Numbered from the stretch's first letter, positions 1-13,420 are shown. The stretch: 64,000 nt of DNA from Negaprion brevirostris (GCA_030324005.1 JARDVH010000137.1:31931888-31995887); one strand, 5' to 3'. The notes: generated from the sequence alone by a model not told the origin. Made by a program: numbers and translations.

Positions 1-9
1 CCAATTCAG

Positions 10-550
10 TTGCAAAAAAGGCCATGTGCCATATGTCTTAATTATTTATTTTACCCGCATGTTAACTTTCTGCATTCCTTGTGCCAGCACACCCAAGCAT
101 CTTTGAACATCAACACTTAAAATTTCTCGCCCTTTAAAAAAAGATTGTTTTCTTATTCTTATGACTTCACATTTCCCTGGAATTGTACTCCATCTGCCAT
201 CTTGTTGCCCACTCACCTAACCTGTCTATATTTCTTTACATCGTCTATATCCACCACCTGTCCCCCAAGCTTACCTTTCTACCTAATTTGGTATCATCAG
301 CAAATTAAGATGCATTACTCCCTGTCTGTTCATCCAAGTCACTAATTTCAATTGTAAGTAGCTAAGGTCCCTACACTGATTCTTGTGGCACTTACGAGGA
401 TTGAAGAGGGTAATAAAGTTGATACATAGACATTTAAATGGCATTTGATAAAGTGCAACATTATAGGCTTGTCAACCAAGTTTGAGTCCATAGAATAAAA
501 AGGATATTTGCAGCATGGATACAAAATTGGCTGAGTGACAGAAAACAATA
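10..550. mobile_element. Decayed CR1-type LINE fragments, both orientations
   Basis: RT-region remnants such as gtatcatcagcaaatt (minus-strand KFADD-type) and gacatttaaatggcatttgataaagtg (D.F.KAFDKV-type). Confidence 0.65.
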
Positions 551-1289
551 CAATAATTCCTCACTCAATATAGTTACACACTCTGAAATTGCAATATTAA
601 TTGAAATGACTTTAAGCGTAGGAATTATTGAAACCGGAGTTAGGTCCTTTTCGATAGTTTGCCTGAAAAACAGTACTGTGGAGTCCAAGCTGAAATAAAT
701 TTAAATAAATTTAAATTAATGCCAGATGATTTTTCTGTCATCCAAAATAACCTTATTAATACCTCTTGTGACTTCCACAAAGAACATTTGTTCTTTCTGT
801 CTGCTTTTAATTTGACAAATGGAACAGCTTGCATCAAAAATAACAGGGATGCAAAGTTCTTTACTGTTTTCCCCCCCCCCAGTCTCTCTGAAGTGAGATG
901 TATCTTAACTGTTCGCTTTTGTTTTCTTCTAAAAGTTGTTTAAGCAAGAAAATAATAGTCACCTCAGACCAAGTAGCTCAAAATGCTGTCCAGCAATGGA
1001 TTGTACAACTTGAAATAAATTGGCATTCTTCCAAAATAATTTGTTTTTGAATCAAATTTTACCTTTAAACGCAACATTCAATTCATGAATTAAATTTTAT
1101 TCTGAATGCTCTTTTCTGTGAAATAACGGATGTTTTCGTCTCTACTTCCCTTGTTCCAACACTCAAAATTTCATTCCTGCCATTTGTGGAGCATTAGGAA
1201 GTCTGATGATCAAAAATTCCTGCATGCAAATGACATTGGAATGAACTTTAGGTATGTGCTTCATTTGCATTGAACAGTATTGATCAGGT

Positions 1290-3060
1290 CAACATAGAGC
1301 TGGGAATTAGTGTAGTGATGAACTGCTGTTTCTCAAACAGACAAAGGTGTATAGCAGGGGTCCCCACAGTGTCAGTATTAGGAACGCTGGTTTTTTCCTG
1401 ATATAAATTAATGATCTAGACCTGGATGCGCAGGGTAAAATTTCAAGTATTGTCGGTGACACAAGCTCGGAAGTATTGTGATCTGTGAGGATAGTGATAA
1501 ACCTCAAATGGATAGAAGGCTGATGGAATAGATAAGTGACAGATGTAAGTTAAGGGAAGTGTTAAGTCTTCCACTTTGGTAGGAAGGGATGAAGAGTACA
1601 TTTCTAAAAGGAATACAGGAGCAGAAGGATCGGACTAATATTCAAGGTAGGAGGTGATATAATTCAGGTCAGAAACTCCAAAGTGTTTTATGAAGCCCGC
1701 CTGGATCATAAAGTTTGCAATTTGCATTTGGCTTGGGTAAGCACAAGATGTTTCATTTCATGTATGATTCAAATGACCCACTAGGGAATGTTTATCAAAC
1801 AAAGTTTATTTAAGAGTACAGTTGACACGTATAGAAAGAAAAATAGCAATAACTTTTACTAATTAAAAACAACCATGACATTGTATAAACCATAACAGCT
1901 AAATACCATCCCAAACAAACAAATTCCATAAACAAAACCTTTGTCACGGTTTAGCACAGAAAATGCAAATTCTCACGTGATGCTGGAACTTAGTCCTTTG
2001 GATGCTGCAGTTCTCTTGATACACACACAATCAAGCTTGAAATCAGAAGAGCTTCCCAACACACCAGGAGGAGAGAGTGAGAGGCTCCAGGTACTAACTT
2101 ATAAGACACGAGGAGCAGAAGTTTCACTCAGGAAGGCATGAAACCTTGCTTCCAACTAGCTAGCAGAATTTACAATACCAGGAAAGAGAGAGAAAAATAC
2201 TGCTTTTCAATCTGATGTCCAAAAAGCATCTAACTTAAAAAAAAGCCCAACTGAAAATGAAAGAACTCCTGTCAGTCATTCTCCCTCCTAACAATGCGGG
2301 GTCATAAAACATCCCAGGAAATACCCGAGGCCCAGACTAAAAATAAACAAAACCTCATTTAAACCATTGAAGCAGCAATAAAAGGATGTTTAGCAGATAG
2401 CTCAGCAAGAATAAAAAAACCAAAGCTGCAGAACTGCAGAGAACATGATTTTAAAAAAAAATTCTTAAAGGTACACTAGTGTCACATAGGACAGGTTGTG
2501 AAAGATTAATAAACCATCCAGCACCCTGGGCTTTAGAAATAAAGTTTAGAGTATAAAAGCAAATAATTTATGATAAACCTCTAAAATACTGGGCGTCACT
2601 TTAAGAGGGTGCAGAAAAGATTCACAAGAATGGTTCCAGGGACAGTTGAATGGATAGATTGGAGAAACTGGAGCTGCTCTCCTTGGACAGCAGAAAATGA
2701 TGAAGCAGTTTGGTAGAGGAATTCATGAGGGGTCTGGGCAAGAGATGGGAGAAACTGATCCCATTTTTGGAAGCATCGAGAATCGAGTGACTGACAAAAA
2801 AAGCAGTAGTAACATGTAGAAAAACCTTGATATGCAACAAGTGGTTAGAATCTGGAATAGACCTCCACAGAGAATGATGGAGGCAGATTCAGTCGTGGCT
2901 TTCAAAAGGGAATTGGAGAATTATTAACCATTATTAATCATAATTATTATAAACCATTGTGGAGCTCCAGGGAAAATGGCAGTGGAGAGGGATTAGGTGA
3001 GTTGCACCACTTTCACAGAGCCAGCACAATCATGATGGCCGGTAATATCCTGGCTCCCTA
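1290..3060 (+). mobile_element. CR1-type LINE 3' portion, interrupted by a solo LTR
   Basis: Remnants of GVPQGSVLG (ggggtccccacagtgtcagtattagg) and a CR1 tail (gattcagtcgtggctttcaaaaggga). The CR1 text resumes after 2491. Confidence 0.7.
1653..2486. mobile_element. Solo LTR with 5-bp target-site duplication
   Basis: Ends (g)GTGAT...GTCACA. TAGGA is duplicated at 1648-1652 and 2487-2491, and removing the insert restores contiguous CR1 sequence. Confidence 0.7.
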
Positions 3061-3893
3061 GCATAGAATGTGGAGGCGGGTGTTTGGCCCGGGGAGGGTG
3101 GTACCCCAAAGATTGGGGAATCCTACTTGAAGTTTCCAGGTAAGAATTTATGTGACAGTTCTCCAAAGGCTCTAACATTTGTTCCCTGGGCAATTGCACT
3201 GGGCTGGGAACCATCCAATTAAGTGGTATAAATCGGAAACTTTGGATGGTTCTGCCAGTGTTATATTAATAGCAGCTCTGAAAATGTAAGAAGAAATAAA
3301 ACTTTTTCTAACTTTGGTATTTAAAAGTTAGACTAATCAGGTCCCTACATGAGACACAACTACCTGCCCCACTTACCCCCACATGGGATTCCTCACACTG
3401 CCCGATCCAAAGCAGTTGGTTACACCCCCTCCCAAACTGAACTGAGACACCCACTTCACGCCCCTCTCCCAATTTAGCCTGACAACCCCCACTCTTCCAT
3501 GTCTGACCACTGATTCCCCAATGTGCCACACACTGCCACACCACCCCACCATGTCTGACATTATGGCAGCTAGTGCCATAAAAAGAGGTTGAGGCTCTCC
3601 TCCTTCACTGCAATTCTTTTGTGGTCCGACACAGGATCCAGGGACCCATTGTGCTGCCTGAATCTCGCCCAGCCTGAATCAGGAAGGTCGGGTGAGACAG
3701 GCACTAAAGAAATTAGCGCAATTAAGTGGGTATGGAGTGGCAATCTGACACTGATTATTCATGAAATTATGGCTCCATCATTTAATGGTCTGTCTTTGTA
3801 CCATTCTGTGATTCTGAAATGCTTACATGTGAAGCATTTATTCTCTTTCCTGATCCACTGTGTTGATTCTGTTTTCTGTATCTTTATTCGCAG

Positions 3894-4156
3894 CAAATGA
3901 CCAGACCGACATTTTTTGCTCGGAAGTTTGAATCATCAGTTAACCAGGAAGTGATTGATATATTGGATTCACACCTGTATGGCAATTACCCTCCAGGGAC
4001 ACCAGCTCTAAAAGCATACTGGGAGAATGTCTTTGATCATATGGACGGATTGAGCAGCCTCACTGATGTTGCAATTACCAGCTACATTGCTTTCTTCAAG
4101 CTCGGCCTGAACAATATACAGACATTATCGCAAGCAGGAACAGACAACTACTGTAG
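3894..4156 (+). CDS. XYLT2: Xylosyltransferase 2, internal coding exon (4th from last)
   Basis: Acceptor tctttattcgcag|CAA and donor TGTAG|gtatga (phase 2). Translates QMTRPTFFARKFESSVNQEVIDILDSHLYGNYPPGTPALKAYWEN..., matching vertebrate XYLT2 (RPTFFARKFES.VNQEV...HLYG.YPPGTPALKAYWEN). Confidence 0.96.
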
Positions 4157-5089
4157 GTATGATAGTAAGCACCAGCCCAGTAGCAGAGCCACACTGACTA
4201 ACATGCCTGTACGCACTTAGCTTGCCTTAGGCAAGGCACAGCATTGAAATTGGTATCGGTGTCTCCAGACAAAAGAGTGGAAAATAAGGTCAGGTTTTTT
4301 TCTGGCCAGCCAAATGATACTAGTTGTGAAGTGTGTGATAAGGTCATGATGGCTATGGAACTATACTCCCGCAGTGTTGAGGGAAAACGCAAGACAGTTT
4401 CAATACTGAATGCAATGATGTTATCACAGTCTGTGTGCTCTACTATACCATCAGATCAGGACAGGCAACAGCAATGTATTTAGACCAGGAAAGGTTGAAG
4501 CAGAATATAAGGAGAGGGTTTGGCATTGCATTGTTAGGGAGAGAGTCTAGGGACAAGAAGAGTTAGAGGGTGAAGCAGACTATCAAGACAGAGTGTGAAG
4601 CAGAAGGACAAGACAAAGCAGAATATCAGAAGAGGTCAAGACGAGAATATTGGAAGAGAATAAGGGAGGGACAAAGTATCTGGACAGTGTGAGGATGAGT
4701 CAGAGTATCAGAAGTGAGAGGGACAGATATCATTGAGGGAGCGAGGCAGAGTATATAGAAAGAGAGAGAGACAGCAAGAAATGTATAAAAAGGAGAGGAT
4801 AAGGCTTGAACATATGTCATTAAAGGTCATGAATTTTCTAAGGGTGCAGGTGATGGTTTCTTGTACAATATGGCCAGCAGCCAACCAGATTAGATTTAGT
4901 AATAAGCAATGAGCTGCAATTATCAACCTAATGGGGCACAAAAATTTATCTAATAAATGTTAAAGCTTCTTCAATAAAGACCTCCTCCTGATTACTGATG
5001 GCAAATTCACTGGCCTGTCATTCCCTCTTTTTTATGGGAACAGATGCAAGATGAACAGGTTTTTTTTTTCAGATGGCTTCATTATGAAT

Positions 5090-5226
5090 ATAAACAAACA
5101 ATACTGCAGATGCTGGAATCTGAAACAAAAACAGAAAAATACCAGAAAATCTCAGTGGGTCTGACAGCATCTGTGGAGAGAGAATAGAGCCAATGTTTCA
5201 AGTCTGGATGACCCTTCATCAGAGCA
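5090..5226 (-). mobile_element. Penelope-like element end with hammerhead-ribozyme-like core
   Basis: Minus strand reads gctCTGATGAagggtcatccagacttGAAAcattggctc, followed by ...cagatgctgtcagacc..., a terminus I recognise from shark Penelope-like elements. Confidence 0.6.
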
Positions 5227-6384
5227 CAGGCAGAAAAATTGAGATATGGCCACAGTCAGAGCAGCCATGACCTAATTAAATTACAATGATTCTATGATTA
5301 CTAGGGACATTGAAAGATGATCCTTATAATGTTGTGAAGAATAGTAATAGGCCTGAGAACTGGGACACTATCAGAAACCAGCAGAGGGCAACCAAAAAGC
5401 TGATGAAAGTGAAAAGATTGAATCTGAGAGCAAAGATGAGCCACAAATTATAGACTGATTGGCCAATTCTTGCTCCTGTTTCTTATAACAATCTTATGAA
5501 AAACACTTACAATCTATTTTTATATTCCTGTCATCTTTCGTCTCAGATTCAATCTTCTCACTTTTGTCAGCTTTTTGGTTCCAGAGTATTATTACTTGCC
5601 ATGTAAAAACTTTCTTCCTCTCACTCCCCTTGTATCTGTTGCCCAAGACCATAAATCTACGTCTCCAAATCCTTGTACCATCAACTAATGGGAAATGTTT
5701 TTATCTACCTCACCTGAACCCTGTCATAATTTGTAAACTTTGTTAAATGTTTCCTGTTTATTTACCACCATATCATTAAGTCTGTTGAACTAATCAAATC
5801 TTAGCCAATTCTCCCCCATACTAATGTAATTGGTGTAGTTTAAGATTCTTATTTTGGACTCAGGTATGTTACTTTCAGACTCAATACTACGCATGGTTAT
5901 TACTTTTTACCAGAGGATCGTTTACTTTGCAGCTGCTAAGTTGTTCTGTCACATTATACAATACCAAGTCTATGATACTGTTGTCCTTAACTAGCTGTAC
6001 AGTGTACTGTTCTGGCAAACTGTTGCAAAATTATTCTAGAAACTCAACTGCTAACTTGATTTGTCCAATATACATGAAAGTTAAGGTCGCCCATGGTTAT
6101 GGCATTGTCTTCATAGAGAGTTATTTAAAGCACTGAAGGAGGCCATTCGGTTCATCAAGTCTATGCTGATTCTCCATAGAGCAAGCAAATTAGTTCCATT
6201 CTCCAATTTAACGTTGGATCGATATGTGAATCAAATAAGTTTGTAATACTACAATTTTCTTTTGAAATCATTGGTCATCTCTGCTTCCATCATCATCATA
6301 GGTAGCGAGTCCCAGATCATTATTGCTTGTTGTGAATAAAGTTCTTCCTCACATCCATGCTGCATCTTCTGCCCAAAACTGTGT

Positions 6385-6710
6385 TAAAGAACAAAGAACA
6401 AAAACAGCCCGGGAAACAGGCCCTTTGGCCCAACGAGCCTGCGCCGCCGTTTTAACATTACCAGTCCCCCCTCCACCCATGACCCTTATCTATTGTTTAT
6501 GACATTCCACATTGAGGGAAACTAATTTATGGACAATTTATTACCTCCAATTAGCCTAAATAGCACATCTTTGGGGTGTGGGAGGAAACCGGAGCACCCG
6601 GAGAAAACCCCCACAAGCACGAGGAGAATGCGCAAACTCCCACAGACACTGGCCCAAATCCATGTGTCTGCAGAGAACAGTGATAGTCACTGAGCTGTCG
6701 TGTTGCCCAG
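6385..6710 (-). mobile_element. HE1/V-SINE-type tRNA-derived SINE (diverged)
   Basis: Core gtgggaggaaaccggagcacccggagaaaaccc on the + strand, the reverse complement of the V-SINE central domain. Confidence 0.7.
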
Positions 6711-6920
6711 CATCTCGTCCAGTTTAAACACACACTAATGACTTGAAGCACTAGGCTACTCTCGAACATCCAAGAGCAGCCCCAGTACGACCCATTGTGT
6801 GTATGCCCCTCGTTGGACAACAAGGCGGATCGACTTAAAACCTGTGAATTAAAAGAGAAAAACATTAGTATCATACCACATCCTTTTACGTAACCAGGGA
6901 TGTCCCAATGTTAATGAACC

Positions 6921-7240
6921 TTAATTAAAACAATCTGTCCTATATCCTCCCATTTCCAACCCACTCATGTGTCTGTCTAAGTTACTCTTAAACAAGTCCA
7001 GCATGCCTGTCTCCACCACCTTACTTGGCAGAGCATTCCATACCTCCACTACCCTCTGCGTGAAAAACCTCCCTCTAATATCCGTGTTATACCTCTTCCC
7101 CCTCACCCTAAGCCCGTGGTCCCTCCTACTGTGTGTCTCTAACATAGGAAATAGCTTATCTCTGTTTTCTCTATCTATACCCTTCATAATCTTATGTACC
7201 TCTATTAGATCCCCCTTCAGTCGCCATCTTTCAAGGGTTG
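6921..7240 (-). mobile_element. CR1 LINE 3' end
   Basis: ORF MKGIDRENRDKLFP...RGRFFTQRVVEVWNALP is the CR1 ORF2 C-terminus. Confidence 0.85.
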
Positions 7241-7544
7241 CTTAGACCTAACGTACGCCTCTCATTTCTTCCTGACCAGGTCCTCAATATCTCTAGTAAT
7301 CCACGGCTCTCTATTCCTACCTTTCCCATCCTCCTTCTAACCAGCACATGCCTTTCCTGCAACCATGTCAGTTTTCCCTTGAAAGACTCCCACATACTAG
7401 GGAACTAGTGTTCTCTAGTCCTAGTATCATCAGCTGATGGGATCAGTTTTACCTTGTCTACCTTAACTAAATTGTCATCACCTCGAATACCTCTATAACT
7501 CTCCTTTGCTCCAGGAACAACCCCAGCTTCATGGGATCATAAAA

Positions 7545-7852
7545 TCATAGAATCCCTACAATGCAGTAGGTGGCCATTTGGCTCATCAAATGTGCACCAA
7601 CTCTCTAACAGAGTAGCTTTCCTTGATCCTCTCCCCTGCTCTATCCCTACATCCCACACACTTATCGTAACTAATCCATCTAACCCATACATCCTGGAGC
7701 AATTTTACCACAGCCAATCCACCTAACTTGCACACCTTTGCCCTGTGGGAGGAAATGTGTTGAGTTTGCACAGTAAGTCATCCAAGGCTGGATTTGAACC
7801 TGATCCCTGGTGCTGTAAGGCAGCAGTGCTAACCACTATGCCACCATGCTGC
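7545..7852 (-). mobile_element. HE1/V-SINE-type SINE
   Basis: tRNA-like head on - (ggcagcatggtggcatagtggttagcactgctgcc) and tail catagaatccctacaatgcag. Confidence 0.75.
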
Positions 7853-7879
7853 CCAAGCTTCTTCAACTTAAACTTGCAG

Positions 7880-9560
7880 CTAAAATCCCTGATCCCTGGA
7901 ACCACTTAGTGCCATTAGCCTGTTTATGACTGATTTGCAGCCCAACTTCATATTCCTGCCTTTGCCCCATATCCCTTAATACCTCTGATTGACAAAAATC
8001 TATCAATCTCTGCTTTAAGACTACGAATTGATTAGCAGCAGTTATCATTTGCCGAGGAGTTCCAAATTTCTACCACCCTTTGCGTATAGAAGTGTTTCTT
8101 AATTTCAGTCCTGAAAGGCCTAGCTCAAATTTTTAGGTACTAAACTCTGCAACCACAGGCAAAGTTTATTTTTATTTACTCTGCTTGCTCCCTTCAGTCT
8201 GTAACTTTCTCAATTCCAGGAATGCCATCCTAGTTTGTGAAAACTCGCCTCGTAAATTAATCTTGGAATCCAGGTCTGGTAAAACTATACTGCTCTCCTT
8301 CCAAGGCCAGTATATCCTTGCTAAGGTGTGTTGTGGTGTGGTGCCTAGAACTGCTCACATTATTCCAGATGTGATCTAACCAGATTGAACCATGACTTCT
8401 ATTCCCTTGCATTCAAGTCCTCTGAAAGCAAAGTTAGTGTTCCATTGTCCTTTCTGTTGATTATTTCTGCAACTGTTCATGATATTTAATGGTCTGTGTA
8501 CCTAGACATCCAAGTATCTTTAGCCCTTCAATGTTTTTAGCTTTTTGATATATTTAGAAAATATTCTGTTCAATTCTATTTGGATCCGAAATGAATGACC
8601 TCGCATTTGCCTATATTAAAATCCTCATGTCACTTTTGGTCATTCAATTAACCTAGCAATATCTACTTGTAATTTTATGCTTCCATCTATACTGCTTAGA
8701 ATGCCACATGTTCTTGTGTTATCAGCAAATGTTGGTATTTGTCTTTCTTTGCCATCATCATAGAAAGCAAACATGGACATCACAAGTTATGTGTTAGCTT
8801 TATTGCAAAGAAATTGGAGTACAAGAGTAAAGTAAAGGCTACACTTGTACAGGGCTTTGGTATGATCCCACATGGGAGTGCTGTGCACGATTTTGATCTC
8901 CCTAAGGGAGGATATACTTGCTTAGGAGGGAGTACATCGAAGGTTCACTAGGTTGGTCCCTGGGATGAAAGGGTTATTCTCTGATAGGCTGAGTAGATTG
9001 GGCCATACTGTCTGCAGTTCAGAACAATGGAAGGTGATGTTATTGAATCTGAAGGAGCCTAACAGGGTGGACACTGAGAGGTAACTCTCCTGACTGGTGA
9101 ACCTATTGCATAGGGGCACAATTTCAGGATAAGGGTCAATTACTTAGGTCATAAAAGGTGGATATAAATAAACTATCCCATTAATGGTAATGTTCAGCAA
9201 CAAACCGAAATCGTACAGATTTCCCTCACACTACTTGTGAAAGCTGAATTAATGTTTCTGCCCAAAGGAATGCAAAACAGAGGGCATAGATTTAAGTAAT
9301 TGGCAAAAGAAGCATTGGCAACATGAGGAAAAACTTTTTCACGCGTGATTAGGATCTAGAATGTGCTGCTTGAGAGTGAGGTGGAGACAGGCTGAATAAA
9401 AGCTTTCAAAAGAGAAATGTATTATCTGAAAAGAAAGAATATACAGATCTACTGGGAGAAGGAAGGGGAGTGGCACTAGGTGAATTGCTCCTTTAGAGAG
9501 ACTGCACAGACACAAAATGGCTATGGCTTCCTTCTGTCTTGAAGGCATTCTAGAATTCTA
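7880..9560. mobile_element. Cluster of decayed CR1 fragments (minus 7880-8730, plus 8760-9560)
   Basis: CR1 RT and 3'-tail motifs, e.g. gttatcagcaaat, aggttcactaggttggtccctgggatg, cagagggcatagatttaag. Confidence 0.65.
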
Positions 9561-9710
9561 CAATAATGAAGGTGCATGATTTATTGAGATATACTAAAGA
9601 TCTGACGTGTGCAGTTAACAGAAAACAATAATTATTTAACCCATGGTTTGTAATATGGCTTGTTTGCCCTTGGACAGATCTTGAAAGAATTTGCTTTTTG
9701 TTTCATTTAG

Positions 9711-9858
9711 GTACGAGCCTATGGAACACACCCTATCTGTCCACCTTTACTTCTACGATGACCAATTCCAAGGCTATTTAGTGATGCAGCAAGTTAAGAA
9801 TGTGACTTCAGGTCAGAAGGAGATCCTGGAGAGCTGGGTGGCACCTCGTTCCATGCTG
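9711..9858 (+). CDS. XYLT2: Xylosyltransferase 2, coding exon (3' end and donor lost in N gap 9859-9910)
   Basis: Acceptor tttcatttag|G completes the Arg codon from the phase-2 donor at 4156. YEPMEHTLSVHLYFYDDQFQGYLV...EILESWVAP matches XYLT2 SVHLYFYDD.FQGYLV. Confidence 0.93.
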
Positions 9859-10689
9859 NNNNNNNNNNNNNNNNNNNNNNNNNNNNNNNNNNNNNNNNNN
9901 NNNNNNNNNNAAATAAACTTGAGAAAAAAATCATTCATTGTCAACTTTACACTTACTTTGTATGAGTTTATGCACTCAACATCAGGGTAGTTGCTGCTTG
10001 AGAATGGAAACATTGCTGTCCCAATGTCCCTGTTTCCATGTTGAGGATCCATCATTGATACTTCTATGTTCTGCAACAGCATGATTCGAGTAAGCATAGA
10101 TAGAGTACGCTGAACAGACTTCTCTCATATGCAGCATAGGTGACCAATCAATACTGTCGGCAGAATGGCCTTTTGACATCTCTCTTTGGAGCCCTCCAGC
10201 TCATTACTGAAAACCATACTCTTTGATACACTTTGCTTTGTCTACAGCAAAGATGCATGTCACAGATACAACTTCGTGATGCATCAGTCTCTGAATCCTT
10301 GAAAAGCAAGCTGTTTGCATAAACAATTTCGGTTGTTACTCCATAGATATCCTCAAAAATATTTCCTGTTCTTGAAACCTGAGTGATGAAAGTTTCTTCC
10401 CCTACCTCAGTCATAAATGGTCAACCCATTATCCCGAGACTGAGACTGCTAGTTCTAGACTCAATCAGTGGAAACAGCTATTCTGTTAAGTGTCTAAAAA
10501 TTTTACATACTTCAACGCCATCACCTCTCATTCTCATAAACCCAGAAGATCACAGGCCCATTCAAAAGATCCTCTCATCCCAAGAAACAACCCGATAAAA
10601 CTTTGTTGCACCAGTTAAGAAAGTATATACGTTGCTCCACCAAAGGTGTCACTAAGTAGAATGGCAGCAAGGTTTCCTTAATTTTTTTT

Positions 10690-11345
10690 TTACTGGATGC
10701 GGATGCCACTGGCAAGTCATTGATTGACCTTGAACTAAATGGTTTTACTAAACCATTTCAGAAGGCAGTTAAGAGTTCACCATACTATGGACATGTAGGC
10801 CAGACCAGCTAACATTGGCAGATTTCTTTCCTAAAGAACATTAGTGAACCAGATGGGTTTTTACAGAAATGACTGATATAGATTCATGGTTAGCATCTCT
10901 GAAATTAGCTGTCAGTTCCAGATTATTTCTGTTAATTGAATTTAAATTCCACCAGCTATCATGGTGGAATTTGAGCCCATGTTCCCTGAGCATTAGCCTG
11001 GGTCTCAGGATTAATTTCCAAGCTAGCACTGAATATATTAGCAAACATGGACACATTTGTTGGTCAGTTGGAGAATTCGTTATAACCCCAGGGGACCTGG
11101 GTTCAAATCACATTATGGCAAATTGTGAAATTTGAATTCAATAAAACCCTGATTGTCGATTGCTATAAGGTTCCTGAATATCCTATAAGGAAGGAAAGCT
11201 CTCATCTTTACCTGATCTTACGTATATGTGACTCCAGACCCACAACAATGTTGTTGATTCTCAAGTGCCCTCTGAAATGGTCTAAAGGCAGTTAGGGATG
11301 GGCACTAAATGATGGCCCAGCCAGTGATGCCCACATTCCATGAAA
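10690..11345. mobile_element. Two oppositely oriented copies of a second abundant SINE family (minus ~10690-11030, plus ~11080-11345)
   Basis: Shared core tgtgactccagacccacaacaatg...aagtgccctctgaaatgg, and its reverse complement ccatttcagaaggcagttaagag...catgtaggccagaccag. Confidence 0.65.
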
Positions 11346-11359
11346 GATTTTTTTTGAAA

Positions 11360-12430
11360 ATGTTGTGAAGATGACATAAGGAATCTACAAAGTGATATAG
11401 ATAGGATATGTGATTGGATGCTGACCTGTCAAATGGAGTATGATATGGGAAAAGGTGAAATTGCTCACACGGAATGAAGAATTAAAAAAAAAGTATCAGC
11501 TAAATGGTGAAAGATTGCAAAGCTCTGAGGTGTAGAGGGATCTGGGTGCCCGAGTGCATGAATGCACTGTGTCAGTATGCAGGTACAGCAAGTACTTAAG
11601 AAAGCTAATAGAATGTTATGATTTATTGCTTGGGGGATTAAATACCAAAATAGGGAGGATATACTTCATTTATCTAGGGCATTGATGAGACCACACCTGG
11701 AGTACTGTGTACGAGTGCAGTACTGGTCACCCTATTTCAGGAAGGATGTAAATGTGTTGGAAGCTTGACCAATACCTGAAATGAGAGGATTTTATTATAA
11801 GGAAAGACTGGGCAGGCTAGGCTTATATCAGCTGGAGTTTAGAAGAGTAAGAAATGTCTTTTTCGAACCTTAGGCCGCACTTGGAATACAGCGTTCAGTT
11901 CTAGTTGCCACACTACCAGAAGGATGTGGAAGCTTTGGAGAGGGTACAGAAAAGATTTACTAGGATGTTGTCTGATATGGACGGTATTAGCTATGAGGAG
12001 AAGTTGGAGAAAATTGGTTTGTTCTCACTGGAACGACGGAGATTGAGGGGCAACCTGATAGAAGTCTACAAGATTACAAGAGGCATGGACAGAATGGATA
12101 GTCAGAAGCTTTTTCTCAGGGTGGAAGGGTTAATTACTAGGGGGCACAGGTTAAAGTGTGAGGGGCAAGGTTTAAAGGAGATGTACAAGGCAGATTTTTT
12201 ACACAGAGAGTAGTGGGTGCCTGGAACTCGTTACCGGGGGGAGGTAGTGAAAGCGGATACGGTAGTGACTCTTTAAGGGGTATCTTGACAAATACGCGAA
12301 TAGAATGGAACAGAGGGATATGGTCCCCGGAAGGGTAGAGGTTTTAGTTCAGTCGGGCAGCATGGTTCGAGTGGGCTTGGAGAGTTGAATGGCCTGTCCC
12401 TGTGCTGTAATTTTCTTTGTTCTTTGTTCT
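11360..12430 (+). mobile_element. CR1 LINE 3' fragments (two tandem pieces)
   Basis: ORF PHYQKDVEALERVQKRFTRML...LFSLERRRLRGNLIEVYKI and a terminal ttctttgttctttgttct tail. Confidence 0.88.
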
Positions 12431-12939
12431 TTATTCTTGATCAGATGGGAAGTCGAGGGTCACTGGGTGATTGGGGCGATTGAGTCGTGTGGTTACCCAA
12501 GAGTTAAACTTAGGATTTTTCTGCCTAACATTTCTTAGGCAACTATCCAGATAAGTAAATTTGAACTGCCCGAAGTCTCCTGTTCTAACAAAGACTTGGA
12601 GACTTTTTGAAAAGCCTGAAGAAGCAGGGCAATTAACCATCAGAAGTTCAAACTTCTTGAGCAGTTCCCAGCAAATCAGTGCATTGGGACTTTCAGGGGT
12701 CCTGACATGTATCTTAGGGGATTGTCTGGTCTCTGACAATAAGAGACTGGAAGATCTGGCCATAACGTCTACTACTACACTATTCCTCATGATTTCTCCT
12801 GTCTTTGCCTCTAAGGTTTATTTTCTCTAATCTTACTTGTAAAAGCTTCTTACTGTATTACTCTCTGTTTACTTTCTTTTATTCAATCAATCTCTTGGTT
12901 AATCTTCTCTGAATTCTTAAATCTTGCTGACCCTCAGGC

Positions 12940-13250
12940 TTGCTCTTCTTTCTTCCTGTCCTACTTTCCCTCTCCCTCCATCCTCTTGTGTCACTTTCCC
13001 TCTCTTGAATCTCTTTCTCTCCCCCTCCATCCCTCTTTCCCTCCCCATGAATCTTCTCTTCTCCCTTTATCTTGTGCTCTCTCTCTCTCCCCTCATTTTT
13101 CTTTCCTCCCATCTATCTCTCCCCCTCCCTCCTCTTTCTCCCTTTTCCCGTCATCTCTTTCTTGCTCCTCCCTCGTCTCTGCCTCTCTCTACCCCCTCAG
13201 CTCTTGGTTCTTGTCTCTACCCCGCTCCCTTCCCTCACCTTTTTATCCTT
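12940..13250. repeat. Polypyrimidine (CT-rich) low-complexity tract
   Basis: Almost only C and T on +; generates spurious L/S/P-rich and E/R/G-rich ORFs. Confidence 0.9.
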
Positions 13251-13420
13251 TTACAATTGCTATATTGGATATTGTTATTGGGACTGAGGTCTATTGATAT
13301 GAAAGAGCAGAGGGAGACTGCTTGATGTGAAACAGTCCAGTGTCTTGCTTTGTTTTTTTAATAGATTCTTGACTGCAGCTGTTGATGGAGCTAACCCCTG
13401 CATTTCCATCCCATTGTTAG

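Noticed and set aside
9920-10390. Possible Gypsy pol remnant on the - strand
   Set aside because: Resemblance is too faint to support without an alignment.
12431-12830. Overlapping 119-aa (-) and 89-aa (+) ORFs in a XYLT2 intron
   Set aside because: No recognisable domain or supporting splice structure; possibly old transposon debris.
12879-13325. Several 70-133 aa ORFs
   Set aside because: Artefacts of the CT-rich tract; the same applies to 58110-58614.
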